DNA of 64,000 nucleotides from Camelus ferus. Its lineage: Eukaryota. The translations under genes were made by a program, and so were the position numbers. This document shows positions 24,018 to 37,039 of this stretch, in pieces. Location of the stretch: contig NC_045697.1 in assembly GCF_009834535.1 (NCBI RefSeq), positions 54,934,001 through 54,998,000 on the forward strand, in the 5' to 3' direction. Under the pieces are notes generated by a model. The model had not been told where the DNA came from. It made no database searches and worked only from the letters and a program-made list of their open reading frames with translations. The stretch's first letter is position 1. The number at the start of each line of letters is the position of its first letter.

Positions 24018-24570
24018 AAGCAACATTTCCCAGAGATCATACTTCAGTATATTATATCATGAGACACTGTGATAAAATCTCTGTATCTGAACTAGTTTGG
24101 TGAATATTTAAGACCATATAGACTTTATATTAATTTCCTGTTGCTGCTATAACAGTTGCCTCCAACTTAGTGATGAAAACATACAAATTAATTTTCTTAC
24201 AGTTCTGCACTCAGAAGTCATAAAATCAAGTGTGGGTAGGGCTGTGTTTCTTCTGAAGGCAGAGAGAATCTGTTTTCTTGCCTTTTCCGGCTTCTAGAGG
24301 CCCTCCTACAATCCTTAGAGCTGGACTCTTCCTCTGTCTTCAAAGCCTGTAGTTTAGCACCTGGACCCACCCAAAGAATCCAGGATAAACTTCCTATTTC
24401 AGGTTCCTTAACCACATCTGCAAAGTCCTTTCTGTGATGGAAAGTAATATATTCACATAGTTCCGGAGATTAAAACACAGATATCATTGGGGAACATTAT
24501 TTACCATAAACATTTGGGGCCATCACAAATTGAAAAGCTACAAGAATTCTTCAGTAATAGTTTTCCCTTC
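24018..24570. mobile_element. MER103C-like hAT MITE fragment split by the MLT1 LTR
   Basis: 'gcaacatttcccagag..tagtttggtgaat' on the left and 'catcacaaattgaaaagctacaagaattcttcagtaa' on the right; similar to the copy at 32.2 kb. Confidence 0.45.
24126..24508 (-). mobile_element. MLT1C/D-type MaLR LTR
   Basis: 'tattaatttcctgttgctgctataaca..tcttacagttctg..gagaatctgttttcttgccttttccggcttctagagg..tccaggataa..cacatctgcaaagtcc'. Confidence 0.88.
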
Positions 24571-24585
24571 TTTAAAACACATATG

Positions 24586-26143
24586 CAAGCAAGGCCAACG
24601 TTACCCTGATAGCAAAACTGGACAAAGATACTGAACAAAAACAAAATTACAAGCCAGTAACTCTGAAGAATATAGATGTAGAAATCCTCAATAAAATATT
24701 AGTAAATCAAATTTGACAATATATAAAAAAGGATCATAAGCCATTATCAAGTGAGACTTATTACAGAGATGCAAAGATGGTTCAATATTTGCAAATTAAT
24801 CAATGTGATACACCACATTAACAGAAGAAAAGATAAAAATCATATCATCATTTCAATAGATGCAGGAGAAGCATTTGACAAAATTCAACATCCATTCGGA
24901 ATAAAATTGCTCATCAAAATTGGTGTAGAGAGAATACATCTTAACATAATAAAGGCCGTTTATGAAAATCTGCAGCTAACATTATACTCAGTGATGAAAA
25001 GCTGAAAGATTTTCCTCTAAAATCTGGAACAAGTTGCCCACTGTCACTTTTTCTGTTTAACATAGTATTGGCAGTCCTAGCCATAGCAACCAGACAAGAA
25101 AAAGAAATAAAAGGCATCTAAATTGAAGGGAAAAAGTAAAGCTGTCACTATTTGCAGATAACATGATATTATGTGTATAAAACCCTGAAGTCACTACCAA
25201 AAAACTATTAGAGCCAATAAATTAATTCAGTCAAGTTGCAGAATACGAGATGAATATATAGAAATCTGTTGCTTTTCTATACAGTGATAATGAACTATAA
25301 GAAAGAGAAATTAAGGAAACAGTCCTGTTTATAACTACTTCTGAAAGAATAAAACACCTAGGAATAAACTTAACCAAGGAAGTAAAAAATATTCCTTGAT
25401 GCTGGAGTTTGAAAGTGATACAAAGAAATAGAAAGATATTTTATGTTCTTAGATTCAAAGAATTAATATCGTTAAACTGCCCATACTACCCAAAGTAATC
25501 TACAAATTTAATATAACCCCTGTCAAAATACCCATGACATTTTTCACAGAACTAGAACAAATATTCCTAAAATGCATATGAAACAACAAAACACCCCAAA
25601 TTGTCAAAACAACCATGAGAAAAAAGAACAAAGCTGGAGATATCATGCTCCTGGACATCAGACTATACTACAGAGTTTCAGTAATCAAAACAGCATGGTA
25701 CTGGCACAAAACAGACACATACATCAATGGAACAGACTATACAGCCCAGAGATAAACCCCCTCACCTACTGTCAATTAATCTATGACAAAGGAGGCAAGA
25801 ATACACCATGGAGAAATGATAATCTCTTTGATAAGTGGTGCTGGGAAAATTTAGATACCTACATGTAAAAGAATGAGACTGAAACACTTCCTCACACCAT
25901 AAGCAAAAATAAATTCAGAATGGATTAAAGACCTAAATGTAGGACCTGAAACTGTAAAACTTCAAGAAGAGAACACAAGCAGAACACTCTTTGACATAAC
26001 TCATAGCAATATATTTTTTGGAATCTGTCTCCTAAAGAAAGAGAAATAGGGGCAAAAATAAACAAATGGGACCTAATTAAACTTGAAAGCCTTGTGTAAA
26101 AGTTTGTTTGCACAACATAGAAAACCATCATCAAAATACAAAG
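24586..26143 (+). mobile_element. LINE-1 ORF2 internal fragment (RT domain), disabled, no 3' UTR or poly(A)
   Basis: ORF 24751 reads [50 protein letters not shown] at 25142 (FADD motif mutated); ORF 25572 ends [25 protein letters not shown]. Confidence 0.97.
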
Positions 26144-26144
26144 G

Positions 26145-26240
26145 CTGACAGAACTGTGGAGCAGTGAGGATCAGTGCATGCTGTGGCATGTCACTGAGAT
26201 TGTGGGCTTGTTTGTTTTATATCAGTAGCTGGTTGATACA
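26145..26240 (+). mobile_element. MLT1-type LTR, 3' end only
   Basis: 'cagaactgtggag..tcactgagattgtgggcttgtttgtt..agtagctggttgataca'. Confidence 0.65.
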
Positions 26241-26699
26241 ATAATTTCACAATTTCAAGCTATTATTTTTCAGAGTTTTCTTGAAGATAATCCTTAAAGT
26301 TATTTAACAATTTTTCTTCAAATTCTCTGTCATTATGTGAGGTGAACTCACCTAGATTTTCAGCCTTTTAAATGGAATGAGAAAAATGAAATGTAAAAAA
26401 TGTGTTAGGTTGAGGCATTGAAAGGTAGTGAAAGGATATTTACCTTCAATAGCCATTGTCTTAAATATAACATCACCTTCTATATTTCTAAATTTTCATG
26501 TTTAGATGCATGAAGTTATACTTTTTAATAAGAACCATTTTATATTATCATAGGAGTATACAGTTTGTGATGTATTTGAATGAAGATAAATATTAAAATC
26601 AATGAATCATTGCTTAGGAATTAGAGTGGCATATGACAAATCAAAGCTCCTTTTACCAGAGTAAGAGCTAATAGAGCTCTTAATAAGGGCAAAGAAGTC

Positions 26700-27135
26700 T
26701 TTGTTCTACAAATTGTGTTGTATGACTGATATGTTTAATCTCATTTAAGCCTTACAGGAGCCTGATAGACATTGGATTTGTTTATTCATAGTCATTTTAC
26801 AGATGAAAAATTAATGTTTGGAGTTTTTATGTAAGTTGTCCAAAGTCGCATAGCAAGTAAGCCAAAGAGGTAAGATTTGAATTCCGGTTGATACCATTAA
26901 TCACTTCAGCACTGCAGTCTGTAAAATACTGTAGTAAAGAGCTCAATTTCTGGAGCCAAACCATCTCATTTTGAGTTCTGTCTTTATTTAATGCTTACTA
27001 GTTCTGTGCGTATTTTTTCTTTCTTAGAGGGAAAACAGTATAATTTACCTTATAGAATTGTTGCATTATTAAATGTCATAATTCATGGTTAGCACATAAA
27101 ACAGAGCGTGGTAGGTAGAAGGCATTCAAAAATGC
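26700..27135. mobile_element. Two adjacent MIRs in opposite orientation (26700-26900 minus; 26920-27135 plus)
   Basis: 'cattttacagatgaaaaa..gtccaaagtcgcatagcaagtaag' then 'gtagtaaagagctcaatttctggagcca..tttaccttatagaattgttg'. Confidence 0.7.
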
Positions 27136-28779
27136 CAACCGTCACCACCACTGTCAACATCATCATCACTGCCACTTAATAGAATTTAGTGTTTATGGGA
27201 GCAACCCAACATTAAAGTGGAAGGGCATTTGTAACAGGGCAAAGGATTGGTAATAAAGAGCATCTGATATTGTTTTTCTCCTACTGGCCTGAAATTTCAT
27301 CTTACAAATAGCTGATGATAAGAGATTTCAAACTCTGTCTTCCAGTAAATGTGGCAGTTGTAATTAAATTGTTTAGAAAATCTCTTTTTTGTGCTCTTCT
27401 CTCTGTACTGCTGATCTAATCATCAGCATGTAGTGTCCTATTGGCAGGATTCCCATGTGTACTTGTAAGGGGAAGGTTATATGCTAATGGATGTTCACTG
27501 CGTAATGGGGGCATGGAGATATTCATTTCTTATGGCAGAGCTTGTTACTCAGGTTATTGGTTCCTGTTTGTACTCTGTTTCTGCACGTCTCACCTCATGT
27601 AAAGGCTGAGTGGAGTATATGCAATCTCTCATTTTTGCCACTGCTGGGGGTTTGCGTGCTTTATTTCGTTTCCTATTCTAACAAGTATTTTTCACTTCTC
27701 AATATTCCCTCAAATTCCTCTTATGGTTGAGTGAACCGGTTCATAGATTTAACATTTGTGGTTTTGATGAGTTATAGGGAACCTGGAAAGTTCGTGACTT
27801 GCAGTACTTGTAAGGCTGTGAGGTTCATGATTAAACTGTATGTCCTTGAGGCCAGTCTGAGGGGAAAAAAACAACATGAGGCTGTGAGTGAGCCTCATCA
27901 GCCACTCGGTCTCAGTATCTGCAGGGCTCTATTGTTTTCAGCTTGTCATCAGGTATGCAGAAGCCCTCATTAGAGGTCTGAAGGGGTTATTTAAATGCAT
28001 CATTATGTTCAACAGATTTATGAAAAATTATATGCTGTGGTAACATTTATGCATGTGGGAATTTGCAAAGGTCTTTTGACATATCCCTTGTGAATGTTAC
28101 ATGTCTACAGCATATGTTAGATTAAACCAACTGTAGCTTGGCCTCCGCCTATTGGGGATGATCCGGTTTTAAAATAAGATTCTCAGAAATTGATGGGTGA
28201 CAGACTCAGGATTATTGTCCTTTCTAGACACTAAAATGGAGATCAAATTGTCAGTTCAATTCAACTGTATCCAGATATTTCACTTTTAAAGTCTTAAAGG
28301 AGTGTGTAGCTTGAAGTGTTGGAAGCTAAGGCATTAAGGAGAAGAAACAATGCTGTGTGTGAGTCAACTGGATTACATTTGTATAACAGGCAGTCAGAAA
28401 CTGTAGATGAAAACTTTTGTGAGCACCTACTTTATGTCAGCCATTGTGCTTAATGCTGTCACTATTACCTCACTGGATTCTTCATACCATTTTACAAAAT
28501 GGTTAGTATATATTGGGGGGTGGTTTGAAGGGTATGCCTGCATAATTAATTAATCTAGACAAGTTATCACTTTACTGGGGACCCCACATCTCAATGTAGA
28601 ATTTTAATTAATTAAGCTTTAGTTTATTGAGACTTCATTTCTAAGCTCTAGAACCAGATTACTGGTATACCTAATGTTTTGTTTAGTCTGTTTCTACTCC
28701 AAATTTTATACTACAGTCTTGCATCTCAACATTTGAATGTAGTTAAAAGTTGTATATACAATGCTTAATCGCATAAATT

Positions 28780-29217
28780 AAAAAAATTGTTCACTGTCTT
28801 TGCCCACTTCCATGCGTATAGTGTAATTTCTCTACCTTGGTTCTGGGTGTAGCCAAATAACTTGTTTGACCAATAAGGTGTTGGCAGATTTGACACAGGC
28901 GAGGCCCCTGACTGATTAGATGTGCTCTCTTGAGCTTTTGCCTTTGCTATGAGATGAAAAAGACAGGGCCCACCTGCTGGTCCCAGGGGAAGGGTTACAT
29001 GGAGCAGAGCTGGTCCATCACAGCCCAAGTCAGAGCCCCATCCAGGATTCCCCTCAGGTATGGAATATAATCCAGGTAAAATCAGAAGGGCTTCTGAGCC
29101 CACCCTGCATCAGCATCAGTCTACTCACAGATCTGTGAGAATAAAGGATTGTTGTTTTAAGTCAAATTTAGAGGAAGTTAGCAACATAACAATTTTGTGG
29201 CAGTAGCTAATGGATAT
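28780..29217 (+). mobile_element. MLT1I/J-type MaLR LTR
   Basis: 'aacttgtttgaccaataag..catggagcagagc..cagatctgtgagaataaaggattgttgttttaagtca..gtggcagtagctaatggata'. Confidence 0.75.
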
Positions 29218-29316
29218 GTATGCTATTAAGAAGCCAAAGCGGTATAAGAGATACAGAAACTATTTGTTTAGCACATTCTTTTTTTTTAAACCCCGTATTA
29301 TGGACTGTAAACCCTG

Positions 29317-29693
29317 TGTTATGGATTGTGTCCCTGTAAAATTTCTGTGTTGAAGTGCTAACTTCCAATGTGACTGTATTGAGAGAGAGAGATAATTATA
29401 TCAAATGAGATCATAAGGATGGGATCCTAATCCTACTGTCCCTATAAGAAAGTTATTTCTCTCTTCCCACGCACACGTCCACCGCTCCCCCCTCCATGTA
29501 TAACAGACCATATGAGGACACAGCAAGAAGAAAGTCGTGTATAATCCAGGAGGAGATGTCTCACCAGAAACCAACCCGAACAAAACCTTGATCTTAGACT
29601 TCTAGTCTCCAAAACTGTGAGAAAGTAAATTTCTGTTGTTTAAGCCACCCAGTCTGAGATATTTTGTTATGGCAGCCTCAGCAGACTAATATA
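29317..29693 (+). mobile_element. MLT1B-type MaLR LTR
   Basis: 'tgttatggattgtgtccc..tgttgaagtgctaac..aatgtgactgtatt..ccttgatcttagacttctagtctccaaaactgtgagaaagtaaatttctgttgtttaagccacccagtctg..gcagactaatata'. Confidence 0.92.
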
Positions 29694-30889
29694 TCCTCTT
29701 ATAAATTGCTACCTCCTAATAAATTTGGCCTGAACATTGTCCTCAAACTTGAATAAATTGACAGCAACATATCCTTGATGGTGAAATAAAATACTACCTG
29801 GATTTTGATATATGCTTGAAGAAGAGTAAAGGGGTGAGTGACTGGAAAGGGGAAAAGATATTTTATTTCAAATTTCTTTTCTGAGAGAGGCCAGTATCAC
29901 ATTATTATAAGCCCAAGAAATTGAGGTACCAGGTCCATTTCCAAAGTCCTTGCACTTTACACTAAAAATAGGCCAATATTTATTTGGTATCTATCATATG
30001 TCACACATGGGTTACTGTGCTAAACATCAGCTGAAGGGCAGGGATGGAGCACGAATGAATAAAAGATGCATAATATAATGTGTATATTGAATGTGAGTCT
30101 CATTTACTACTCCTTCCTAAAGGAGGAGTAAGTTGAACTCTTCAGCCACTTAGAAGTTAGAGGCAAAATTTCTGTCTTAGGACCCTGTTTTTTGGATTGT
30201 TATCTCTTTGGAGTCTCAATTTTTATTCTCTAAGGAGACATTTGGATTGAACCTCTTAAGAAGCATGCTAATCCTTGAGATGCCTCAGGCTCTTTCATCA
30301 TATTCCTAAATTGAATTTAGAAACTTTTCCTATGAATTTAGAAAATTTCCCTGTACTGCTTTAATATCTTCTTTCATTCATCATTTCCATCTTTTACTAT
30401 TTCTGAACAGGAGGTATTTTTATCCATTTATAACTGCTGTTCTTCACATTTGAAAGATTATATTCATTCTGCTTGGGCTTTGTTTTCCTGTAACATTCAC
30501 TGCCAGGCTGAACTAACTGGTATTCCATTTGTGTGCATGTGCTGTTCTTTTTTACCTCCTTTCTAATCTAGAGGCATCTTCTATCAAATGCACCTTAAAG
30601 GAAGATCTCAAGGCTCCTTTTGATTTTCAGAGAGTTCCCTATGTCTGTGGGAGGACAGATTTTCACTCTTGAAGTCTTCCTAACTATTCTAGCTACAGTG
30701 TTAATATTGCAGTCTCTTTGATCATCATACTTCTCCATTTCTTCCTCATTTTTCTGTTTTTGCATAATCCTTCTTTATTTTCCCCTGTGGAATTTTAAAT
30801 CATGGTTTTATAACTCCCATGGGACAACATAACTCCTGCTCAACAATACCCCTTGCCTCCAGATTTTCAAACAGGTTATTAAGTGTGTT

Positions 30890-31223
30890 CTCATCACTTG
30901 GCTGTCAGCTCACACATCACTTCCTCGGACAGGCCTTCTTTACCTCTCCTGTCCAAGTGTTTTTCTCCTCATCCAAGGATTCCCTCTCCCTTATCTGCCT
31001 TCTCTATCTCATTAGCCTCTTTTTATTGTCTTCAAAGTGCTTTGTTGGAATGATTTTTTTTTGCTTATTATTTTGCTTTATTATTCATTTTACTTATATA
31101 AATGTAAACTTAACGAGAACAATAATCTTTCTTGCTTATTTGCCATACCCCCTGAGGGTAAAATAATTCTTGGCATATTCTGAATAGCCAATAGATACTT
31201 GTTGAATGAATGAATGAATGAAT
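30890..31223 (+). mobile_element. L2 3' end with (GAAT)n tail
   Basis: 'tggcatattctgaatagccaatagatacttgttgaatgaatgaatgaatgaat'. Confidence 0.8.
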
Positions 31224-32169
31224 AGATGGAAAGACTGTCCTTCCATGAAATAACAGAATGAATTCTCTGTGGAGATTTTTCTAGTTACTTATTTCTAAAA
31301 ATGTTTCCTTTCTTTCACATTCATATGCTAAGTATATCAAAACCTGAGCTCAGACTGAAACTTGTGTTATTCTACTGGTGAATCTCCCCAGTAAATTCTT
31401 AAGCATGTACTGTGTCATACGTTCTACTAGAATATTGCAGTGTTTGCAAATGATGATTTTTATCTAAATGCCTGACATTCTAATAATTCCTTTATGCATT
31501 ATTTATCTTATTTATTTTCAAGGGATTTTTTTTCTTGTTATGGAAGTAAATAATATTAGGTGACTGATAATTTTTTTCTTTTTGAAGACTAGTAACCTCC
31601 CTTCACTAGACATCCTGAGACAACATATTAGAAGAGGAAATACATTAGAGTACTTACCCAAAATAAATTCTGAAAACTAAGAAAACAATAGTGATATTTA
31701 TTACCAATAACAGTGCACTTTCTTTGTATATTATTTTATGATTCCACTTATAAGCCCACTATTTTATTTTATCTTCTTAATACTCTTATGTTGTGGCTAA
31801 TGAAAGATGGTCTTCCTTTTCCTGAGGGTGAGATGAAGGCACTTGAGTTAAGTGTTAAGACTGTTATTAAGACTCCCCAGCTTTTCATCCAGGACATTTC
31901 CATTCCTATCATCAAGTATTAGATTTTTGACACATAACTTGATTTAGCATAATATAGAAACATCATTTCCCTAGCTGTAAACTACATTTCTGTCTCAGGA
32001 GAGGTCCTTAACATTTAGAATGGTGGAGTGGAAAGTATTCATGACTAGGAATCAGGAGTCCAAGGTCCACCTCTAGTATATTATTAGTTAGTTGGTTGCT
32101 CTTAAGAAAAACAATTCATTCTTTGGCCTTTGTTTTGTCCTGTGTATAATATTTTAGATTACATTAGCC

Positions 32170-32482
32170 CTTTTTTTCTAAACATTACTTAACGGAACCA
32201 CTTGATAGGTGTACTGTTAGAAAAAAATAATCTCCAGTCACAAAAGCTTGGGAAATAAAGCAGTCTGTATTTTCTTCTTTGAAATTCACAACATATTCTA
32301 GAATATTAAAGGTTTCAAGTTCTGGAGTTTAAAAAACACAGAGAAGAAAAGAAAAAAAGAAAAATGTTGCTGAGCTTTATTTACCCAAATGATTCTCAGA
32401 CTTATTTGATTAGTTATAGAATTTCTTCTTTGGGAGAAATGTACCCCAGAAATAATTCTCTGAACCAATCAAGCTAGGAAAG
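32170..32482. mobile_element. MER103C-like hAT MITE
   Basis: 'aaagcttgggaaat..tttgaaattcacaacatattctagaatattaaaggtttc..ttctcagacttatttga'. Confidence 0.65.
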
Positions 32483-35400
32483 TCTGAGTATCTTCTAGTT
32501 CTGAAAGCCTATAAATCTTTTATGGACGATAATTTAATAAGCTTGTTGGCTCTATTTTATACTAAAGATTGATCTGTTAAGAAACACTTGTGTGGATTCT
32601 CATAAAAAGATTAAATGCTTTTTGAAACATGTACTTGAGTATAGTATAAAGTAGCCCAAGCCATATTAAATTCCAACATTTGTGAGATTGTTAGAATAAT
32701 TTCTTACTCTGTTGAGGGATGTGCGATGTGCCCTTGGCCTAGCTTCAGGCTACTGCATGAACACTTTTCCCTTGACCTCTAATAAAATCTCTCTTTTTTG
32801 TTTTCACTATTCAAATTTGAGGCCACCTTGGGGCTTCAGTCAATTGACAGGCTGTAAAATATTGTTGTCCTAGAGCAAGTCATAGGTTCTTATTGTGTTT
32901 TTCTCATTAGTGACTGAAAAAAAAGAGACTTTTAATGTGGGCATGTGCTGGATGTTTGAACCATTTGAACCATTCATTGTTGGAACTCAGTGAAGATTTT
33001 TCTTTTCTTTCCTCTAGCTAGGAGCACTTTTCACTGACAATCAAGACAAAGAGAAGGATGGAAGGAAGATGAGGAGGGAGGGAGGAAAGGAGGGAGAAGT
33101 CTATGTCTTAGCAAATAATCCTTCAGCAATTTATGACTGTGAGAGATGAAACTAAGGTTTTGCAGAATGAGTTGGAATTGCTGGGATCAAACTTCAGTTC
33201 TGCCATTAAAATTGTGGCCAATGGGAAAAACAATATTTTGGGGCTTGGAAAAGGAAATGTGAAAAATAAAGTAAAAATTTATTGATTTATTATTAACTAT
33301 GGGACTTTGAGCAAAATAGCCTTGATACTTTACCTTTAAAATGATGATAGTGATGCAATTAATAGTCTGTTAGTAATCTATTGAGCAGGCCCTATATTAA
33401 GTACTTTAAAAAGCATTATCTTAATGTATCTACACAACATATGACTAAAGCTTGTAGGGTTACACAATTTCTCCAGATCAGACATAGAGCCCAACTCAAA
33501 AGTGAAGTCTTTTGCACTGTCTATACTGCTTCTATGTCAGGAATACAATGCACATACCCATTTCATGAGACGAAACTTTTAATTCTCAACAGAAATTGGA
33601 CATTTATCATAATTTCCTAGAACACAAAGTTGATATCTAACCAGTTGGAGATATTGATGTTAATGCTTATGATTTAGCTGATGCATTTAACCAACATCAG
33701 CTCTCTGAAGGGAAATTACAGATTGTACAATTACCTGTTTCCTATATGTAGAAAGTCTCAAGTCAAATACCAAAAACTAATCATTTCCTGAAGAGTGTTT
33801 CTAAGGGGACACTTCCTCGTAGTTAAAGTTAAATAATAAATAATCAGGCTTCAGTCAAACCAGAGCATTCCTAGACCACAGGAAACAGAAAGTCTTTGGA
33901 CTTAGTTAAGCTAAATTATGACAAATTAGTCTTATTCTTAAAAAAAAATCTTTTAAGGAGTCTAGTTCCATATTAACTTCTGATCTCATCAATATTTAAG
34001 AAACTGTCATTTAAGTTTCATCACGATACATACTTGTGTTTCTGAATCTGCTGCATTTGGACAGGTGACCTGATGTAGAGATTAGAGGAGGGATTAATGA
34101 AAGAATTCGAGGAACTGGGCCTATCTGGCCCTTCCTCTTTCTGTGATCCAAATAATACATAGCCTAGGGACCCACTGTGGCTTTGCTTCTCTGCATCTAA
34201 CATTTAAGCGAATTCCCTTGATTTAAAGAGCAGTGATATCATTGGGTTAAATGATACCAATATGTATATAAATACAAGTATTAGCTGCAATTTATGGATC
34301 TCTAATTATTTTCTAAGCATATTTTGAGCACTTTAGACTTAATATCCTGCTTAATATTCACTGGATCTTTATGATTTAGGTGCCATTATTATGCACATTT
34401 TATTGCTGAGGAAATGGGAGGTTTTAGAGATCTAAGGTACATATCCCAGGCATATGCTAGTACCATCTCTAGGTAATATGGTTCTATCTGGATATTCATT
34501 CAGATAATCCTACATTGTTACTCTAACTTCTTCCTCACTTTGCTTTGTATATTGTCAAAAGTCCTTTCTAGTATGTAGGAGCAGAACTTCATGGGAGTGC
34601 GAGGCATTTGAGAGTGAGTATAATGTGAGCTTCATGAACTATTCAGTTTCTTCCTAGTTGAGAATTTACCCCATCTATGAAATGGGATAAAAGAAGATAA
34701 CGTTCTTTCAAGTTTGTGGAAGAAGATTTGGCATCCATGGGTATTTTCCAATTAAAATATGTAGAAGTAGCCAAATTAATTCACACACACAGATACAGAC
34801 GTGAATATTTTGTCTTTTATTTTCCCTCATGTTAACTATATCTCTTTATATGGCATAAAGGCTTCTCTCTAAATTCACACCTAGAACATGATTTTCAGTC
34901 TTCCCTTGCCTCCTCCTTCCATTGATATTCTGTAACAAAGGATTTTTTTCCCCAAGACAGATTTCTGTTTCTAGTATTGCTAATCATATTTTTTAAAATT
35001 TCAGTTTGATCTAACTCTGTTACTTTTAACAAAATATTAACTGCTGCTATGTATGTATGCTTATTACCTTTTTTAATTGTGAAGTTTTTTTTTAGTCATT
35101 GATGATATTTCATATGTATTTTGGAAAGTTGGGAAATTACAGTAAAGAAGCAGGAAGGGCATTTCTAATCTATGTGCAGGTGTCCCTGGCTAACTGATTT
35201 AAAAATTTTTTTTCCTTTCTATCATGGACTATGTGTACTTAGTTTAAAATATAATAGTTTAATAATTAAAGGTAGTCACATGCTTCACCCAAGACATCCC
35301 TCCACAGAGGTAAGAATGGTCAACACTTTAACTAAATCTTCTAGCATTTACACCCATATTTCTAAATAAGCTACATATACTGCTGTTTCTTCACTTAAGT

Positions 35401-35754
35401 TTTGACATTATCTAATGATTTTTCTGCTGTGCTAGATGAATATTTGTGTTCAGAGGCCACTCACTTTCAATAAACTCACAAACACTTCTGTAATGCCTAT
35501 CCTTACCACATGATCATGTCATATTTCTTGGTTTAATGAAATAATATTAAGTATTTACATCATTATGGATATGTAATATTGTTATTTCCAAACAAAATAC
35601 CAAAGTACCATATTATAAATATATTTGCTTTCTTTTGAAATGTTTTTTAAACCTAGAATTAAACATTGCCTCTTTTGGTTTGTTTTCTTCTGTACGTATC
35701 CATTACTTACGCTCCATCAACACTCTTGACAAGTTATGAAATGCCCTTCCTTGC

Positions 35755-36992
35755 CTTGAAGCAATGATATGCTACTAGCAATGAGCACACTCAGCACACA
35801 CAGATCCTGTTTTCTAAATACTGTTTTCCAATAAAAGGAATCAGTGTTCCTTGGAGAAATGACTGACTCTCAGGCTGGGGCAGGGCAAATATTAGTTTAG
35901 CCACGAGCATCTTGTAGTACCAGAAGGAAGTGACGTGCTTTAAAAGGGGAAGGATGGAGTCATTTCAAAGAGACACAGGAGAACAAATGGGACCTAATTA
36001 AACTTAGAAGCTTTTGCACAGCAAAGGAAACCATAAGCAAAACAAAATGACAACCTATGGAATGGGAGAAATTATTTGCAAATGATGTGGCTCACAAGGA
36101 CTTAATTTCCCAAATATATAAACAGCTCACACAACTTAATACCAAAAAAACAAACAAACCAATCCAAAAATGGGCAGAAGACCTAAACAAGCAGTTCTCT
36201 GATGAAGACATACAAATGGCCAATAGGCACATGAAAAAATGCTCAATACTACTAATTATCCAGAGAAATGCAAATCAAAACTACAATGAGGTATCACCTC
36301 ACAACAGTCAGAATGGCCATCATTCAAAAGTCTACACACAATAAATGCTGGAGAGGGTGTGGAGAAAAGGGAACCCTCCTACGCTATTGGTGGGAATATA
36401 GTTTGGTCCAGCCGTTACGGAAAACAGTATGGAGATTGCTCAAAAAACTAAAAATAGACTTGCCATATGATCCAGCAGTCCCACTCATGGGCGTATATCT
36501 GAAGGGAACTCTAGTTGAAAAGATACATGGAAACACATCTTCTTTATAGAAAAATTCAAATGATATAGGCAGATAATTACCCCCTTTAGGATATGGAGTT
36601 TAATCCCAGTCTAATCATGAGAAAAACATCAGAGAAATCCAGATACTGGGCTAACACTTCTCAAGACTGTCACATGAAAAACTTAGAGTCTGAGAAACTG
36701 TCAAAGATAGGAGGAGACTGGGAAGACGTAACAACTTAGCCTGGATTGGATTCTGAAGGAGACAGAAGACACAAGTGGAAAAACTGGTAAAATCTAATAG
36801 AAGTCTGGACTTAATTTTTTGTAAAATACTAATGTCAGTTTCTTATTTTTGGCAAATGCACTGTGGTAATTCAAGATGTTAACTGTGGAGAAACTAATTG
36901 AGGGATATACAGGGAACCTTTGGATTACCTTTGCAAACTTTTTTATAACTCTAAAATTGTTCCTAAATATTAAGTTAATTAAAAAATAAAGA
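35755..36992 (+). mobile_element. L1MC/L1MD-type 3' UTR, interrupted by a younger L1 piece
   Basis: 'ctagcaatgagcacactcagcac..aataaaaggaatcagtgttccttggagaaatg..gagcatcttgtagtaccagaa' resuming as 'ccagtctaatcatgagaaaaacatcaga..gggatatacagggaac..ctttgcaaactttt..ctctaaaattgttcc'. Confidence 0.85.
35982..36529 (+). mobile_element. Younger LINE-1 ORF2 C-terminal fragment, no 3' UTR or poly(A)
   Basis: ORF 36057 reads [37 protein letters not shown] 36268 reads [38 protein letters not shown] (zinc-knuckle region). Confidence 0.97.
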
Positions 36993-37039
36993 AAGCGTCT
37001 CACTAAGGCCAAACGTATTAGATAATCTACCAGTAGCTT

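Noticed and set aside
24751..25868. Reverse-transcriptase-like ORFs as a novel RT system
   Set aside because: They are broken LINE-1 ORF2 pieces with stops, frameshifts and a mutated FADD motif (FADN).
33668..33710. Hairpin agctgatg..catcagct followed by CTGA (C/D snoRNA or pre-miRNA)
   Set aside because: Stem is only 8 bp, there is no canonical C box, and the unit is too short.
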